The translations under genes and the position numbers were made by a program. A DNA stretch of 64,000 nucleotides. Source: a virus. Below are positions 25,889-35,285 of this stretch, piece by piece. Location: positions 1 through 64,000 of the IMG/VR virus record IMGVR_UViG_3300017917_002969. One strand, written 5' to 3'. Every line of letters begins with the position of its first letter. Positions within the stretch are counted from its first letter, which is position 1. The notes under the pieces were generated by a model. That model worked only from the letters and a program-made list of their open reading frames with translations, was not told the DNA's origin and did not search any database.

Positions 25889-26647
25889 ATGAAATCTTTA
25901 ATTAAAACATTATTAAGGGAGAATTTAATGGGTGGTAAATATATATATCACGGGACTGGTAAAGGTCAAGCATTAAACATACAACGTGATGGTTATATGA
26001 AACTTAATAAAACTGGTGAAGAAAAGCCATCTATATCGTTCACTAAAGATTTAGATTACGCTAATTACTATGCTAAAGCAAAAGGTGGTAATAAAGCAGT
26101 TATTTTAAGAACAAAACTAACTAAAGATTTTATTTTATCTCCAAGAATAACAAATAACAAAGGGGATGAATTTATCACATTTAAACCAGTTGTATCTAAT
26201 AATTTAGAAATTTTAAGTAAAGATAATAATTGGCAACCGTTGAGTAAATGGGATATTATATTTGATGAACCTAAAAATTTATTTAATGAAAGTTCAAGTG
26301 GTAGTCTGAACCCAACATTATTGTCTAAAGATGATATGATTAAAATGGGTGGTACTGGCCAATTAAATAAGGCGTTTGAAAGATATATTCTTATCGATAA
26401 GATAACTGGATTAGACCCAGACCCAAGTGATTGGACCGATGATAGTGGTAACGTAAGAAAATTTGAAAAAGGTCAACCTATAGAAAAATCAATAGAAGTT
26501 ATTTATGATTCTTTTGATGATTTATATTATTTACAAAATGGAAACCATAGAATAAAACAAGCTAAAATAAATGGTGATAAATATATCAGAGCATTTATAC
26601 AGCCAGATAAAGGAAAAATAGGTGATGACGCTAAATTAACTGTTTAG
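25889..26647 (+). CDS. Leader + ART-like domain + ParB/Srx-like domain
   Basis: MKSLIKTLLRE leader; YHGT..SFT.DLDYA..YA..DE; FNE linker; YYLQNGNHRI..A. Confidence 0.65.
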   Translation: MKSLIKTLLRENLMGGKYIYHGTGKGQALNIQRDGYMKLNKTGEEKPSISFTKDLDYANYYAKAKGGNKAVILRTKLTKDFILSPRITNNKGDEFITFKPVVSNNLEILSKDNNWQPLSKWDIIFDEPKNLFNESSSGSLNPTLLSKDDMIKMGGTGQLNKAFERYILIDKITGLDPDPSDWTDDSGNVRKFEKGQPIEKSIEVIYDSFDDLYYLQNGNHRIKQAKINGDKYIRAFIQPDKGKIGDDAKLTV

Positions 26648-26650
26648 TTG

Positions 26651-26815
26651 CTAGCCTTTTTTGTTTTCATCTATCTTAGTCTTAAACTCTAAGATTGCGC
26701 TTGGTAAACCTAAAAAATAATTTCTAATTTCTTTACCTAAATCCATATCATTAGGATTTTCTTTTACCATTTTTGCTATATCTACCAAAAACGCTTTTAA
26801 TAAATCTTGTTCCAT
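26651..26815 (-). CDS. Small phage protein (PNDMDLG motif)
   Basis: ATG at 26815 downstream of a host-type promoter; ENPNDMDLGKEIR. Confidence 0.7.
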   Translation of the reverse strand: MEQDLLKAFLVDIAKMVKENPNDMDLGKEIRNYFLGLPSAILEFKTKIDENKKG

Positions 26816-26831
26816 AATAAAATTTTTAATG

Positions 26832-26862
26832 CAAATATACAATAAAAAACCCAAAGAAACAA
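26832..26862 (-). promoter_or_regulatory. Bacteroidota sigma-A-type promoter
   Basis: Minus strand TTG-N20-TATATTTG; overlaps hairpin 26847-26874. Confidence 0.7.
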
Positions 26863-26955
26863 GTCTTTGGGTTTATTTATATGTTAACTCTTATATTATT
26901 TTTTACTCATAATATCAATAATAAATATATTAAAATATAGTTTTTTGTCAAGTGA

Positions 26956-27294
26956 TTATTGAAAACTTGAGCCTAATTCACAAATAGTAGATTGAATTTG
27001 GTGCCAGTATGTATCTGCTTCATCAGCCAACGAATCACCAGTCATGTGATACCTATTAATTTCATCATCAAGAGTATTTTGGGTATCTTTTAATCTAGCG
27101 AATGGTTGTCTTAACTTTTCCATTATTTCGCTTTTCTTTTCATCGTTTAGATGTTTAATAGCCTCTTTAGTAAGTTTTAAAGCTTCTTCGTAACTACCAA
27201 TAGTCATTTTATTACAAGCTGTTTTCATTGCTGGTGTCATATATTGTCCATCAATAATTTCCTCACGAAGCCTTTTTTTAATAAAATCTTTCAT
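26956..27294 (-). CDS. Leader-bearing hypothetical protein
   Basis: Likely start MKDFIKKRLREEII at 27294, directly after the upstream stop. Confidence 0.7.
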   Translation of the reverse strand: MKDFIKKRLREEIIDGQYMTPAMKTACNKMTIGSYEEALKLTKEAIKHLNDEKKSEIMEKLRQPFARLKDTQNTLDDEINRYHMTGDSLADEADTYWHQIQSTICELGSSFQ

Positions 27295-27295
27295 A

Positions 27296-28702
27296 CTATT
27301 GCGATTTTCTAAGTTCAACTTGGCTGATGATATCAAACTGGCATACATTTTTAAGTGTAGTAACTTCTTGATTAGAGTAAGCTTGTATATCCAAATAGTA
27401 AGTGTTAGGTATAAGGCTTTGTGTATCTAGCAAGAAGTAATAATAGTTGTTGGCCATTTCTACTGGTTGCCAATCAATAACTGTAAGTTCTGGCGCACCT
27501 TCTGTAACATAAAGTCTATATTTTAAACCACTGATATTTTGTGTTTGTTCTACGGTGTATGGTATTCTAGCTGAGACAATAACCTTACGAATATCACCAC
27601 GTTTGACTTGTTCTTTATTTTTAAGTCCGCCTATTGAAACTGCTACCTTTTTAGGTAACATATCATTATTACCAATGTTGTAATAACCAAATGAATCTTT
27701 AACAACAAAATCAAGTGTTATGTCAGGTCTAGAAACTCCATTTACGATTATTCCAGTCCAAACATCATTATACATTGTTTCTATATTGCTAGAGGTAGCT
27801 GGTATAGTAATATCTATTGAATAAACACCTAACGTTACGTGATTAACTTCTGATGTACTGTATGATAATATTATATTACCATTATTATCATATATAACCA
27901 CACTTGGGTTTGTGTCTAAATTTACTGGATTACCAGCTAAATTAACATATAGATACAGTTTATTTGGTTTATCAGCAAAGAAATTATTTCTATCATCTTC
28001 AATATGATTATCATAAATTGTTTCTATGAATGGTTCATAAAATGTTTGTGTGTTATTGGTGAAGAAACCTACATATTGAAGTGTAGTTGTGTTCATTAAT
28101 TCGTATGCTCTGCTATATGCAATACCTAAACCATAATTTGTATCACCAGTCAATAATCCATTAACATAATCGGTAACGTCCATTTCTATATTTTCGTTAC
28201 CTTTATCAAAGTGTTGTGTTGTAACTGTAATCCCAGATGGTGAACCAGAATAAACACCAGTTCCATTATTCCAAACAATACCTGTTTGTGCTTCTATCCA
28301 GTTAGATGGACCAGTATAGTAAGCACCTTCTCCATTTGCTAAAATAGGTACTTCATAATCATAACCGACACCATTATCCCAATTTTGGTCTATTTTGAAT
28401 AAGATTAAATCGAATGATGTAGTTCTGTCTTTACCACCCATTGTTCCATTTAACAATCTTGTATCAAATGAACCAGTATTGGTCATTCTTAAAGTATGTT
28501 TAAGTTTAGTTAAATCGGTGAATGTACCACCAGTATATAATGATTTTAATCTTGATTCATCAAAATGAAACAAGAAACGGCTATATTTTTGTTCACCAAT
28601 AGCACCACCATAGAATAATTCAGTAACTGGGTTAAGACCAGTATTTACGTATTGGTTGCTTACAATGGTGTTATTTTTATCAAAATAAGTGCGGATTACC
28701 AT
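27296..28702 (-). CDS. Probable virion structural protein (beta-rich)
   Basis: 468 aa; YSRFLFHFD..W..G.G..Q.FD.G.E.IEMDVT..V..G pattern; late motif upstream. Confidence 0.6.
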   Translation of the reverse strand: MVIRTYFDKNNTIVSNQYVNTGLNPVTELFYGGAIGEQKYSRFLFHFDESRLKSLYTGGTFTDLTKLKHTLRMTNTGSFDTRLLNGTMGGKDRTTSFDLILFKIDQNWDNGVGYDYEVPILANGEGAYYTGPSNWIEAQTGIVWNNGTGVYSGSPSGITVTTQHFDKGNENIEMDVTDYVNGLLTGDTNYGLGIAYSRAYELMNTTTLQYVGFFTNNTQTFYEPFIETIYDNHIEDDRNNFFADKPNKLYLYVNLAGNPVNLDTNPSVVIYDNNGNIILSYSTSEVNHVTLGVYSIDITIPATSSNIETMYNDVWTGIIVNGVSRPDITLDFVVKDSFGYYNIGNNDMLPKKVAVSIGGLKNKEQVKRGDIRKVIVSARIPYTVEQTQNISGLKYRLYVTEGAPELTVIDWQPVEMANNYYYFLLDTQSLIPNTYYLDIQAYSNQEVTTLKNVCQFDIISQVELRKSQ

Positions 28703-28734
28703 GTTGTTTTTATTATAAATATCACGATTCTATG

Positions 28735-29703
28735 TTAATTGATGCGGATATTTTTTGATAGCATGGCTTTTTCTAAGGTGTCAGCTTTTGATTTAAATAT
28801 TGCTAATGCTTGTTTGTTACCAGATGTTGTTAAATCGGTTGGTGGGTTTCCACTACCATTATGAACATGAGAAAATAAAGCTTCTTTCATTAGTTTTAAG
28901 TATTCTAATAATACATCACCAAAAGGTAATTGATGAGCTTCACTAAGTATCATAGATTGTTGTTCATCAGTAATCAAATTGTCTGGGTTTGTTACATCAA
29001 ATCTAGGGCTACCATCTGTATGTGTTATAAGATTAATCTTATTAGCAACAATATTTGTTATAGTACCTTTTCTTTCTGGTTGTTGACTAGAAGCTGGTAC
29101 GATTACAACGTTGTTTTTAATTTGAATATATCCTTGTGTAGCTGGGTTATAAACAAATGGATATGGGTTAGTAGATGTAGGTGTTGTTTCCACAAATTTA
29201 CCAGCTCTAATAACTATTTCATTTCTTTTTTGTGTTATATCTGTATTATATCTACCTTGTATTGATATATCTTCTGGATTTGGAAAAATACCATTTAATT
29301 GAGGAATTTGGTTAGGATTTACTTTAGGTTCACCTGGACCAAATGTAAAACCAGCCAGAGCTGAGTATTCAAATGGGTCTTTATCCAATAAAGGTAGTTG
29401 TGAAATAATTGGGCCTAGATATAATCTATCTGCATGTTTTTGTCTGTTACTAAAAACAAAAACCAATACAACTTCACCCTTCTTAGGTTGAACAAATAAG
29501 TGTTTTGGTAACATTGGAAAACACCATGGTAAATCATCATCTGTTATTGAATCATCACCACCAGTTGGTGCACTACCTTTTATTCTAACTTTAATACGAC
29601 CTAAACCTTTATCAATTAATGAACCAAAATCAGATTCAAGTGCTGTTACAACGGCATATTTTACATTAAAATCAATTTTTAAATCTTTATACAAATCAGA
29701 CAT
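28735..29703 (-). CDS. Baseplate hub/spike protein (gp5 N-terminal OB-fold-like)
   Basis: GRIKVRI..LPWCFPMLP...PKKGEVVLV; C-terminal HVH metal-binding motif. Confidence 0.7.
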   Translation of the reverse strand: MSDLYKDLKIDFNVKYAVVTALESDFGSLIDKGLGRIKVRIKGSAPTGGDDSITDDDLPWCFPMLPKHLFVQPKKGEVVLVFVFSNRQKHADRLYLGPIISQLPLLDKDPFEYSALAGFTFGPGEPKVNPNQIPQLNGIFPNPEDISIQGRYNTDITQKRNEIVIRAGKFVETTPTSTNPYPFVYNPATQGYIQIKNNVVIVPASSQQPERKGTITNIVANKINLITHTDGSPRFDVTNPDNLITDEQQSMILSEAHQLPFGDVLLEYLKLMKEALFSHVHNGSGNPPTDLTTSGNKQALAIFKSKADTLEKAMLSKNIRIN

Positions 29704-29704
29704 A

Positions 29705-29884
29705 TTACTTGTTTGCTTTTAAACGTTCCAATATTATTCTATTGGCTTTTTCATATTTTTTTTCAATTTCAACCAATGCATCAAAATCTTTAAGCATTTT
29801 TAATTTAAGAGCATCGTAATCAGCTTGCATTTGTTTCATTTCAAATAATATTTCATTATTTGATTTATTTTCTAAATCTTCCAT
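29705..29884 (-). CDS. Small coiled-coil protein
   Basis: MEDLENKSNNEIL start avoids overlap with upstream gene. Confidence 0.65.
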   Translation of the reverse strand: MEDLENKSNNEILFEMKQMQADYDALKLKMLKDFDALVEIEKKYEKANRIILERLKANK

Positions 29885-29894
29885 ATAACTATTT

Positions 29895-30326
29895 TTATCT
29901 AATAATTCCATCACCAATACCCATTGATGTTGTGGCTCCTTGACAAACTACTGGACCACCAGCATTTCCACCAACTGCTAAAACAGATATACCTGGTGGA
30001 ATAACGACATCAACTTTTGATTGAGTTAGAATAGCATTTATGATTTCTTGTATTCTTATTAGTTCCATAGCTTCTTCAACATTAGGACCATCAGCGAATA
30101 CATCACCAACTACTCTACCAGCATTCGATTGTTTACTAATAATATCAGCAGCTAATGATTGTGCAGATAATCCAGGTCTTAATTTAGCACCAACCATAAC
30201 TAGAGGTGGCGGTAGTGGTTCTACTGGAATATCTGGAACTAAAAAAGCATTAAGGATTAAGTTTAAAATCCCATTCATTGATGAGAAATTAAATCCAGAA
30301 CTAGGTATTAATTTTTCTTCAGCCAT
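29895..30326 (-). CDS. Hypothetical (baseplate-associated?) protein
   Basis: Gly-rich C-terminus GGNAGGPVVCQG; adjacent to gp5-like gene. Confidence 0.65.
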   Translation of the reverse strand: MAEEKLIPSSGFNFSSMNGILNLILNAFLVPDIPVEPLPPPLVMVGAKLRPGLSAQSLAADIISKQSNAGRVVGDVFADGPNVEEAMELIRIQEIINAILTQSKVDVVIPPGISVLAVGGNAGGPVVCQGATTSMGIGDGIIR

Positions 30327-31753
30327 TATATTAATTTATCTAATAATTGTTGTATTATATTTGTTGGGATTCCAATAAGTGTTTGTAATTGAGCTAGTTT
30401 ATTTACTTGTTTTTCTTTTTGTTTTTTTGCAACAGCTTTTGCCGTTAAAACAGAAATTTGTTTTAAAGCTATTACTAACAAAATTTTAATTAATTCTTCA
30501 GCAATTACTTTCATAATGCCGTTCATTAATTTTTTATTCTTTTTTATAAAATCGACACCATCGGTAAATGTTGATGTTGTACCATAAACTATTTTATAAT
30601 TTATCATAAACACAACTATTACTTTTGGTGACAATACAACATTAACAATAGATTTTATTAAAGTAACTATTATTTGTTGAATAAAATTTAATTTAGAAGA
30701 TACAACATCCACTGGATTTGGAACATTAACCGCACTGGCATTTGCCATACTATTAAGACCATTAGTTATTGCAGATTTTTGTTGTACTACGTTGGTGCCA
30801 GCAGCAGAAAATTCTTGTGTAAAATTAGTTAATTGAGAAACTGGAACTGATGATGGGATATCATTAGAAGTCTTAAGATTTATAGAACCTTTTTTTCTAT
30901 TCAGAGCATCAGCTTGTTGTTTAAGCGTTTCTTCTTTAGTAAATGTAAATGCAGAATCTGGGATAGGGTTTTGATTATTGTTATTAACCATTTTATCAAT
31001 TATGGTATTAACCTTTGCTTCATTTTCGAGTTGTTTAAGTGATTTACCTATTGTTGATGAAATTGAACCATAAATAATATCCATTATTTTATTTACGATA
31101 TTATCACTATTAAATAATATTAAGCTATCAATAAAATCGTTATTTAAATCAGTAAGTGTCTTTGAATCATAATTTTGGTGTGCTTTTATGACAAGGACGT
31201 TGTTTGGTTGACCAATTGTTGCACCATTTTGAACAAACTTAATTGTTATAATATCATTCCAGCTATGTTCAATACCAGCATCTTGTATTACACCATAAAG
31301 AAATGTGTTAAAATCTGAACTATTTAATAATGGTGTGGTTATATCGTTATATATAAGTGGACCAACAGATGACCTTGGGTCTGTTCTTAAAATATCTGAA
31401 AAGTCTATTTTTTTAACTTGTATGACAATCCCACTACCAGTTGATTTTATCCAAGATGGTAAACTAGGGTCAACACCACAACTAACAATACTTTTTAATT
31501 CTACTTTAAGAGCTTTTTTAACAGTTTTTTCTATCCTTGGTAGAGAATGAGTTATTGTATCAACAACTGCCGATACAAGCGCCTCAAAACCAATCAAAGC
31601 TTTAACTAAATCAGTTAAGAACGCTATTACATCTCCACTATTATTGATTGATGAGAATGAAGATGAAAGTTTAAGTTTTGGCATACCTTCAGTTAAAGTT
31701 TTAGATGCCGCAATCTTACCAAAAGCTTTTTTCTTTTTCTCAATAACACTCAT
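30326..31753 (-). CDS. Hypothetical, probably structural
   Basis: 475-aa ORF translationally coupled in the operon. Confidence 0.7.
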   Translation of the reverse strand: MSVIEKKKKAFGKIAASKTLTEGMPKLKLSSSFSSINNSGDVIAFLTDLVKALIGFEALVSAVVDTITHSLPRIEKTVKKALKVELKSIVSCGVDPSLPSWIKSTGSGIVIQVKKIDFSDILRTDPRSSVGPLIYNDITTPLLNSSDFNTFLYGVIQDAGIEHSWNDIITIKFVQNGATIGQPNNVLVIKAHQNYDSKTLTDLNNDFIDSLILFNSDNIVNKIMDIIYGSISSTIGKSLKQLENEAKVNTIIDKMVNNNNQNPIPDSAFTFTKEETLKQQADALNRKKGSINLKTSNDIPSSVPVSQLTNFTQEFSAAGTNVVQQKSAITNGLNSMANASAVNVPNPVDVVSSKLNFIQQIIVTLIKSIVNVVLSPKVIVVFMINYKIVYGTTSTFTDGVDFIKKNKKLMNGIMKVIAEELIKILLVIALKQISVLTAKAVAKKQKEKQVNKLAQLQTLIGIPTNIIQQLLDKLI

Positions 31754-32151
31754 TAGAAGTCCATTTCGTCCTCGTTAGTTTTATTTGTGTTTGCTTCATT
31801 TTTAATCATTTCTCTAATTGATTTGAAATCATTTAATGAGGCAGAACCATGACTTCTTTCAGCAACAGCTGCATCTATATCTCCACGATTTTTAATTATA
31901 TCGCTTTGAAGTTTTGCTAATTCTAATTTGATACGAATAGCTGAGTCTTTTACTTTTAGAAGACCAGCTTTTTCTTTTGCAATTTTTGTCAAATCGTCAA
32001 TATCTTGCGGAGTGGCGCTGGTAGCCAATTCATTGATACCTCTTTGGGCATCATTTATTTGTAAACAAGCATCGTTATAGGTTTCTTGCATCAAAGATTC
32101 AAGACTATCGTTATTGTTTACTTTAACGTCTGTTTTTCGTTTTCTGGGCAT
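31753..32151 (-). CDS. Helical hypothetical protein
   Basis: 132 aa, late motif upstream (32167-32175). Confidence 0.7.
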   Translation of the reverse strand: MPRKRKTDVKVNNNDSLESLMQETYNDACLQINDAQRGINELATSATPQDIDDLTKIAKEKAGLLKVKDSAIRIKLELAKLQSDIIKNRGDIDAAVAERSHGSASLNDFKSIREMIKNEANTNKTNEDEMDF

Positions 32152-32200
32152 GGTATTATGTTTTACTATAAATACCTAAAAAAGTAGTTTTTATTCATTT

Positions 32201-32923
32201 TTATAATCCAGACTCTTTTAGAAATACATAAAGTTGTTTATAACGTTTCATTGCTAACCTAATATCCTTGGTTGAAAGATTGGTATAATTTCTCATGGTT
32301 TCCAAAACAGAATTTTTATTATATTTAGAACCTCCATTCATAGCTTCAAAAGCTGTCTCCCAATTTTCTAATATATCTATTAAAGCATAACCTACTTTCT
32401 TTTCATTTTCATTTAATTTCTTTTTAGGTGGTTGATTTTCATCGTTTAATTCTTCTTTAACACCTTCAATAAGTTTATAGATAAAATCATCCATTGAAAA
32501 TGAATCTGAATCTATTTCATACGTTAGGTCTTCTCTTTCTTCTAATTCACTTGAAATATCTTCATATGAAGTAGTTTGTTTTAAGTGTTTCTCATCTTTA
32601 ATGAGAAGACCTAGTATGTAATTTTTACTAATGGTCCCAAAATATGAATAAGCTTTTTTACCTTTATCACGCTTGAACCTGTGTACTTTTGTTACTAAAA
32701 AGGATACTGTGTCTGCGTGTAATTCTTCAAACGTAAATCCTTTTCTGTACAATTTGTACCTTCTTATTATCGACTCAATCATTTTATCAAGAGGTCTAAC
32801 AAGATGCTCTTTAAAAATGCGATTCCTTTCTAATTCGTCTGTTGATTCTAAAAATTTAATAACTGCTTCTTCTTCATCTGGACCAAAGTACATTTCATTT
32901 GTTCTTTTGCGTCCTCTACTCAT
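32201..32923 (-). CDS. Phage sigma factor (gp55-like, sigma-70 region 2)
   Basis: KMIESIIRRY..EELHADTVSFL..RF...KGKKAYSYFGTISKNY resembles gp55 FDP..NPFAYFT.I. Confidence 0.7.
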   Translation of the reverse strand: MSRGRKRTNEMYFGPDEEEAVIKFLESTDELERNRIFKEHLVRPLDKMIESIIRRYKLYRKGFTFEELHADTVSFLVTKVHRFKRDKGKKAYSYFGTISKNYILGLLIKDEKHLKQTTSYEDISSELEEREDLTYEIDSDSFSMDDFIYKLIEGVKEELNDENQPPKKKLNENEKKVGYALIDILENWETAFEAMNGGSKYNKNSVLETMRNYTNLSTKDIRLAMKRYKQLYVFLKESGL

Positions 32924-33723
32924 TACACAACTGGTTGTTGATATGTTATGTTTCTATCCTTACTAAAATAATATTCTTTTTTAGCTTGACTTAACCACCA
33001 TTTAGCTTCTGTTGGGTCCATAGTTTCTTTATATGATGCAAACAATGAATTTGGTCTTTGATTAACATGCTTATAACCAAATCTAGGGATAACCATAGTT
33101 CTAATAGATTTAAATGTCATACGAAGCAAAAATTCATAAATGAATGTAAGTTTAATGTTTGATTTAAAACCACCAAATTCTTCAATAAGTGATTTCTTAA
33201 TTACCATACCATCAACGTTAAAGTTTTGATAAGTTAATAAAGCATTATTATCTAGGATTCCTAATTCATCTGAAAAACTTTGTGCCCAAACAGCTTCGTT
33301 GGTGAAACCAATAAAATGGCCTTGAGAGTCGACATCTACAACAATTGGCATAAAGATACCAACTTCTGGGTATGCTTCTTTGTATTCGACAACATTTTTA
33401 AGCCAAATTTTAGCTAATTCGTCATCAAATTCTAATAAAGAAACCCATTCTGATTTAGCCACGCTAACACCGTAATTATATTGTGAAGCAAAATCTGTTT
33501 CACCTTCATTTTCTGCAATAACAACAGATGAAGTTAAATCACCATAATCAAAAGTTTTAGCATATTCAGCTACATCGCTACCTTTTGGTACGACAATGAT
33601 TAATTCATCTGGTTTTACAGTTTGTTCTTTAACGCTTTGTACAGCATTAGGGAAAAATTGTTTTGTATCATTAGTCAATTCATGAACTGGAATGATAATA
33701 GAGATATTTGAGTTTGTAGTCAT
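32923..33723 (-). CDS. Glycosyltransferase family 2
   Basis: ISIIIPV..SV..Q..ELIIV..N.GV..EWVSLLEFDD. Confidence 0.85.
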   Translation of the reverse strand: MTTNSNISIIIPVHELTNDTKQFFPNAVQSVKEQTVKPDELIIVVPKGSDVAEYAKTFDYGDLTSSVVIAENEGETDFASQYNYGVSVAKSEWVSLLEFDDELAKIWLKNVVEYKEAYPEVGIFMPIVVDVDSQGHFIGFTNEAVWAQSFSDELGILDNNALLTYQNFNVDGMVIKKSLIEEFGGFKSNIKLTFIYEFLLRMTFKSIRTMVIPRFGYKHVNQRPNSLFASYKETMDPTEAKWWLSQAKKEYYFSKDRNITYQQPVV

Positions 33724-33738
33724 TTTTTAACTATTTAA

Positions 33739-34893
33739 TTATTTGTTAGTTTCTTCAAGTGTAGCCAATTGTTTTTCCATATTTGAAACAATATTGGTTA
33801 ATTCAGTTTGTCTATTTGAGAATAGTTGGGAATAAACTGATGATAAAATTTCTTTTTGTTTTTCTTCAGTATATTGACCTTGACTTGTTTTAATACTTTC
33901 CATTAAGTCAGTTGGTACTGAATCTTCAAACCAAAGTTTCATGTATGTTGCAATTAATTCTGGAATATTCAAACTAGTGTTGGTCCAAACACCATTATTT
34001 TTAATAACTTTATTTCCTTCTTCATCTTTACCTTCCATCCATTCTGGAATAAGGTTAGGAATTTTACCAATTACTGGTGTGTTAGTTTCAATAGCTTCTA
34101 ACGGGAATGTACCAAAACCTGATTGGTCATCGACCCAAACAGCCAAACAAGATTTAGCCAACTCGCTAGCAAATTGTTTTCTTGGTAGTCCTCTAAGTTC
34201 TTTGAAGGTAACCCATTTATAAAGTGGATATTGTAGATAAAACATTTTAGCTATTTTAGCAGCATCTCCTTGGTTTCTAGTTAAGATAGCGATAATTGGT
34301 TGTTTTGGTTTATCACTAGGTTTAAAATAGCTAGGAATTGATACTGGGACAACATGTGTTTTAATTGATGGAAATATTGTTTTAAGGTAGTTAGCTTGAT
34401 ATTCGCTAGTAGTGATAACATCATTAAAACCATAATCAGTATTCCATCTTTTACCAATTGGTAAAAGTTCCAACAAATAATCATAACTTTGAGATAACAC
34501 AACTTTTTTACAAGGAAATCCTTTTACTTGGTCCATGATATTTGAAAAGATTTCTGGGATGATAATGAAATCAGCTGGACTAATGCTAAGTTCTTGTTTT
34601 TCGATTGAAACGTGAGGTAATGAAGCATATTCTTCACCTAACCATTCAGCAATACCTTGTCCGTTTGCATCACCTCTTAGTTTATAATCATTCTTTTCAT
34701 GTAAAATAGCTGCTTTGTATCCTAGCTCATTAAGTAATTTTACATGTTCATAAATGTTTGCAATACCAGCAGTTGGGTTTCCTTTGGTATCTAGTGTGAA
34801 AAAATACAAGGTAAAATCTTTATTATTAATTCTTTCGATAACGGACTTACCCTGATTGATTTGTTCTTCAAATTGTTTTTTGTTAACTTGCAT
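33739..34893 (-). CDS. GT-B-fold glycosyltransferase-like protein
   Basis: GIANIYEHVKLL..G; IIPEI; SGFGTFPLEAIETNTPVIG. Confidence 0.75.
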   Translation of the reverse strand: MQVNKKQFEEQINQGKSVIERINNKDFTLYFFTLDTKGNPTAGIANIYEHVKLLNELGYKAAILHEKNDYKLRGDANGQGIAEWLGEEYASLPHVSIEKQELSISPADFIIIPEIFSNIMDQVKGFPCKKVVLSQSYDYLLELLPIGKRWNTDYGFNDVITTSEYQANYLKTIFPSIKTHVVPVSIPSYFKPSDKPKQPIIAILTRNQGDAAKIAKMFYLQYPLYKWVTFKELRGLPRKQFASELAKSCLAVWVDDQSGFGTFPLEAIETNTPVIGKIPNLIPEWMEGKDEEGNKVIKNNGVWTNTSLNIPELIATYMKLWFEDSVPTDLMESIKTSQGQYTEEKQKEILSSVYSQLFSNRQTELTNIVSNMEKQLATLEETNK

Positions 34894-34914
34894 TTTTAGT
34901 TATTTTATTTATTG

Positions 34915-35283
34915 TTATTCCTTTTCTTTTAAAATACCATAAGCGTATAAGGTATTAAAGGCTAATTGAAAAGAGAGAGGTTTTTTTGATAGGACTCTTT
35001 CAACACCTAATGACATATCTTCTGAGTCATCATCATCAATATTATCTATTAAGACATCTATCATTGTCCTGATTATTTCATATTTTGGACCATCGATTTC
35101 TTTTGGTCTAGTTGTAAATTCGACAGTTTCTTCTTTACCAGTAACCGAACCTTCTTCATCGTAATATGTTTTTACATAGGTTGTTTCAACTTTATCGGTT
35201 AGCTTATAGTGTGTTTTGGGTGTCAAAGCTTTATCTAGAGCATTTAAATCGATATAAAAAATAGTTCCACCAAATTCAATCAT
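34915..35283 (-). CDS. Hypothetical protein
   Basis: 122-aa ORF in operon. Confidence 0.7.
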   Translation of the reverse strand: MIEFGGTIFYIDLNALDKALTPKTHYKLTDKVETTYVKTYYDEEGSVTGKEETVEFTTRPKEIDGPKYEIIRTMIDVLIDNIDDDDSEDMSLGVERVLSKKPLSFQLAFNTLYAYGILKEKE

Positions 35284-35285
35284 AA

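Larger units (their letters stand above)
25177..26667 (+). repeat. Repeat-bounded two-cassette array
   Basis: ctagccttttttgtttt at 25177-25193 and 26651-26667, degenerate copy at 25849; shared header tatataattg..agatatttatagatATGaaa..tt.attaaaa..ttattaa before both genes. Confidence 0.8.

Noticed and set aside
31753-32151. Terminase small subunit
   Set aside because: Size and helicity fit, but no diagnostic motif was recognised and it is far from terL.
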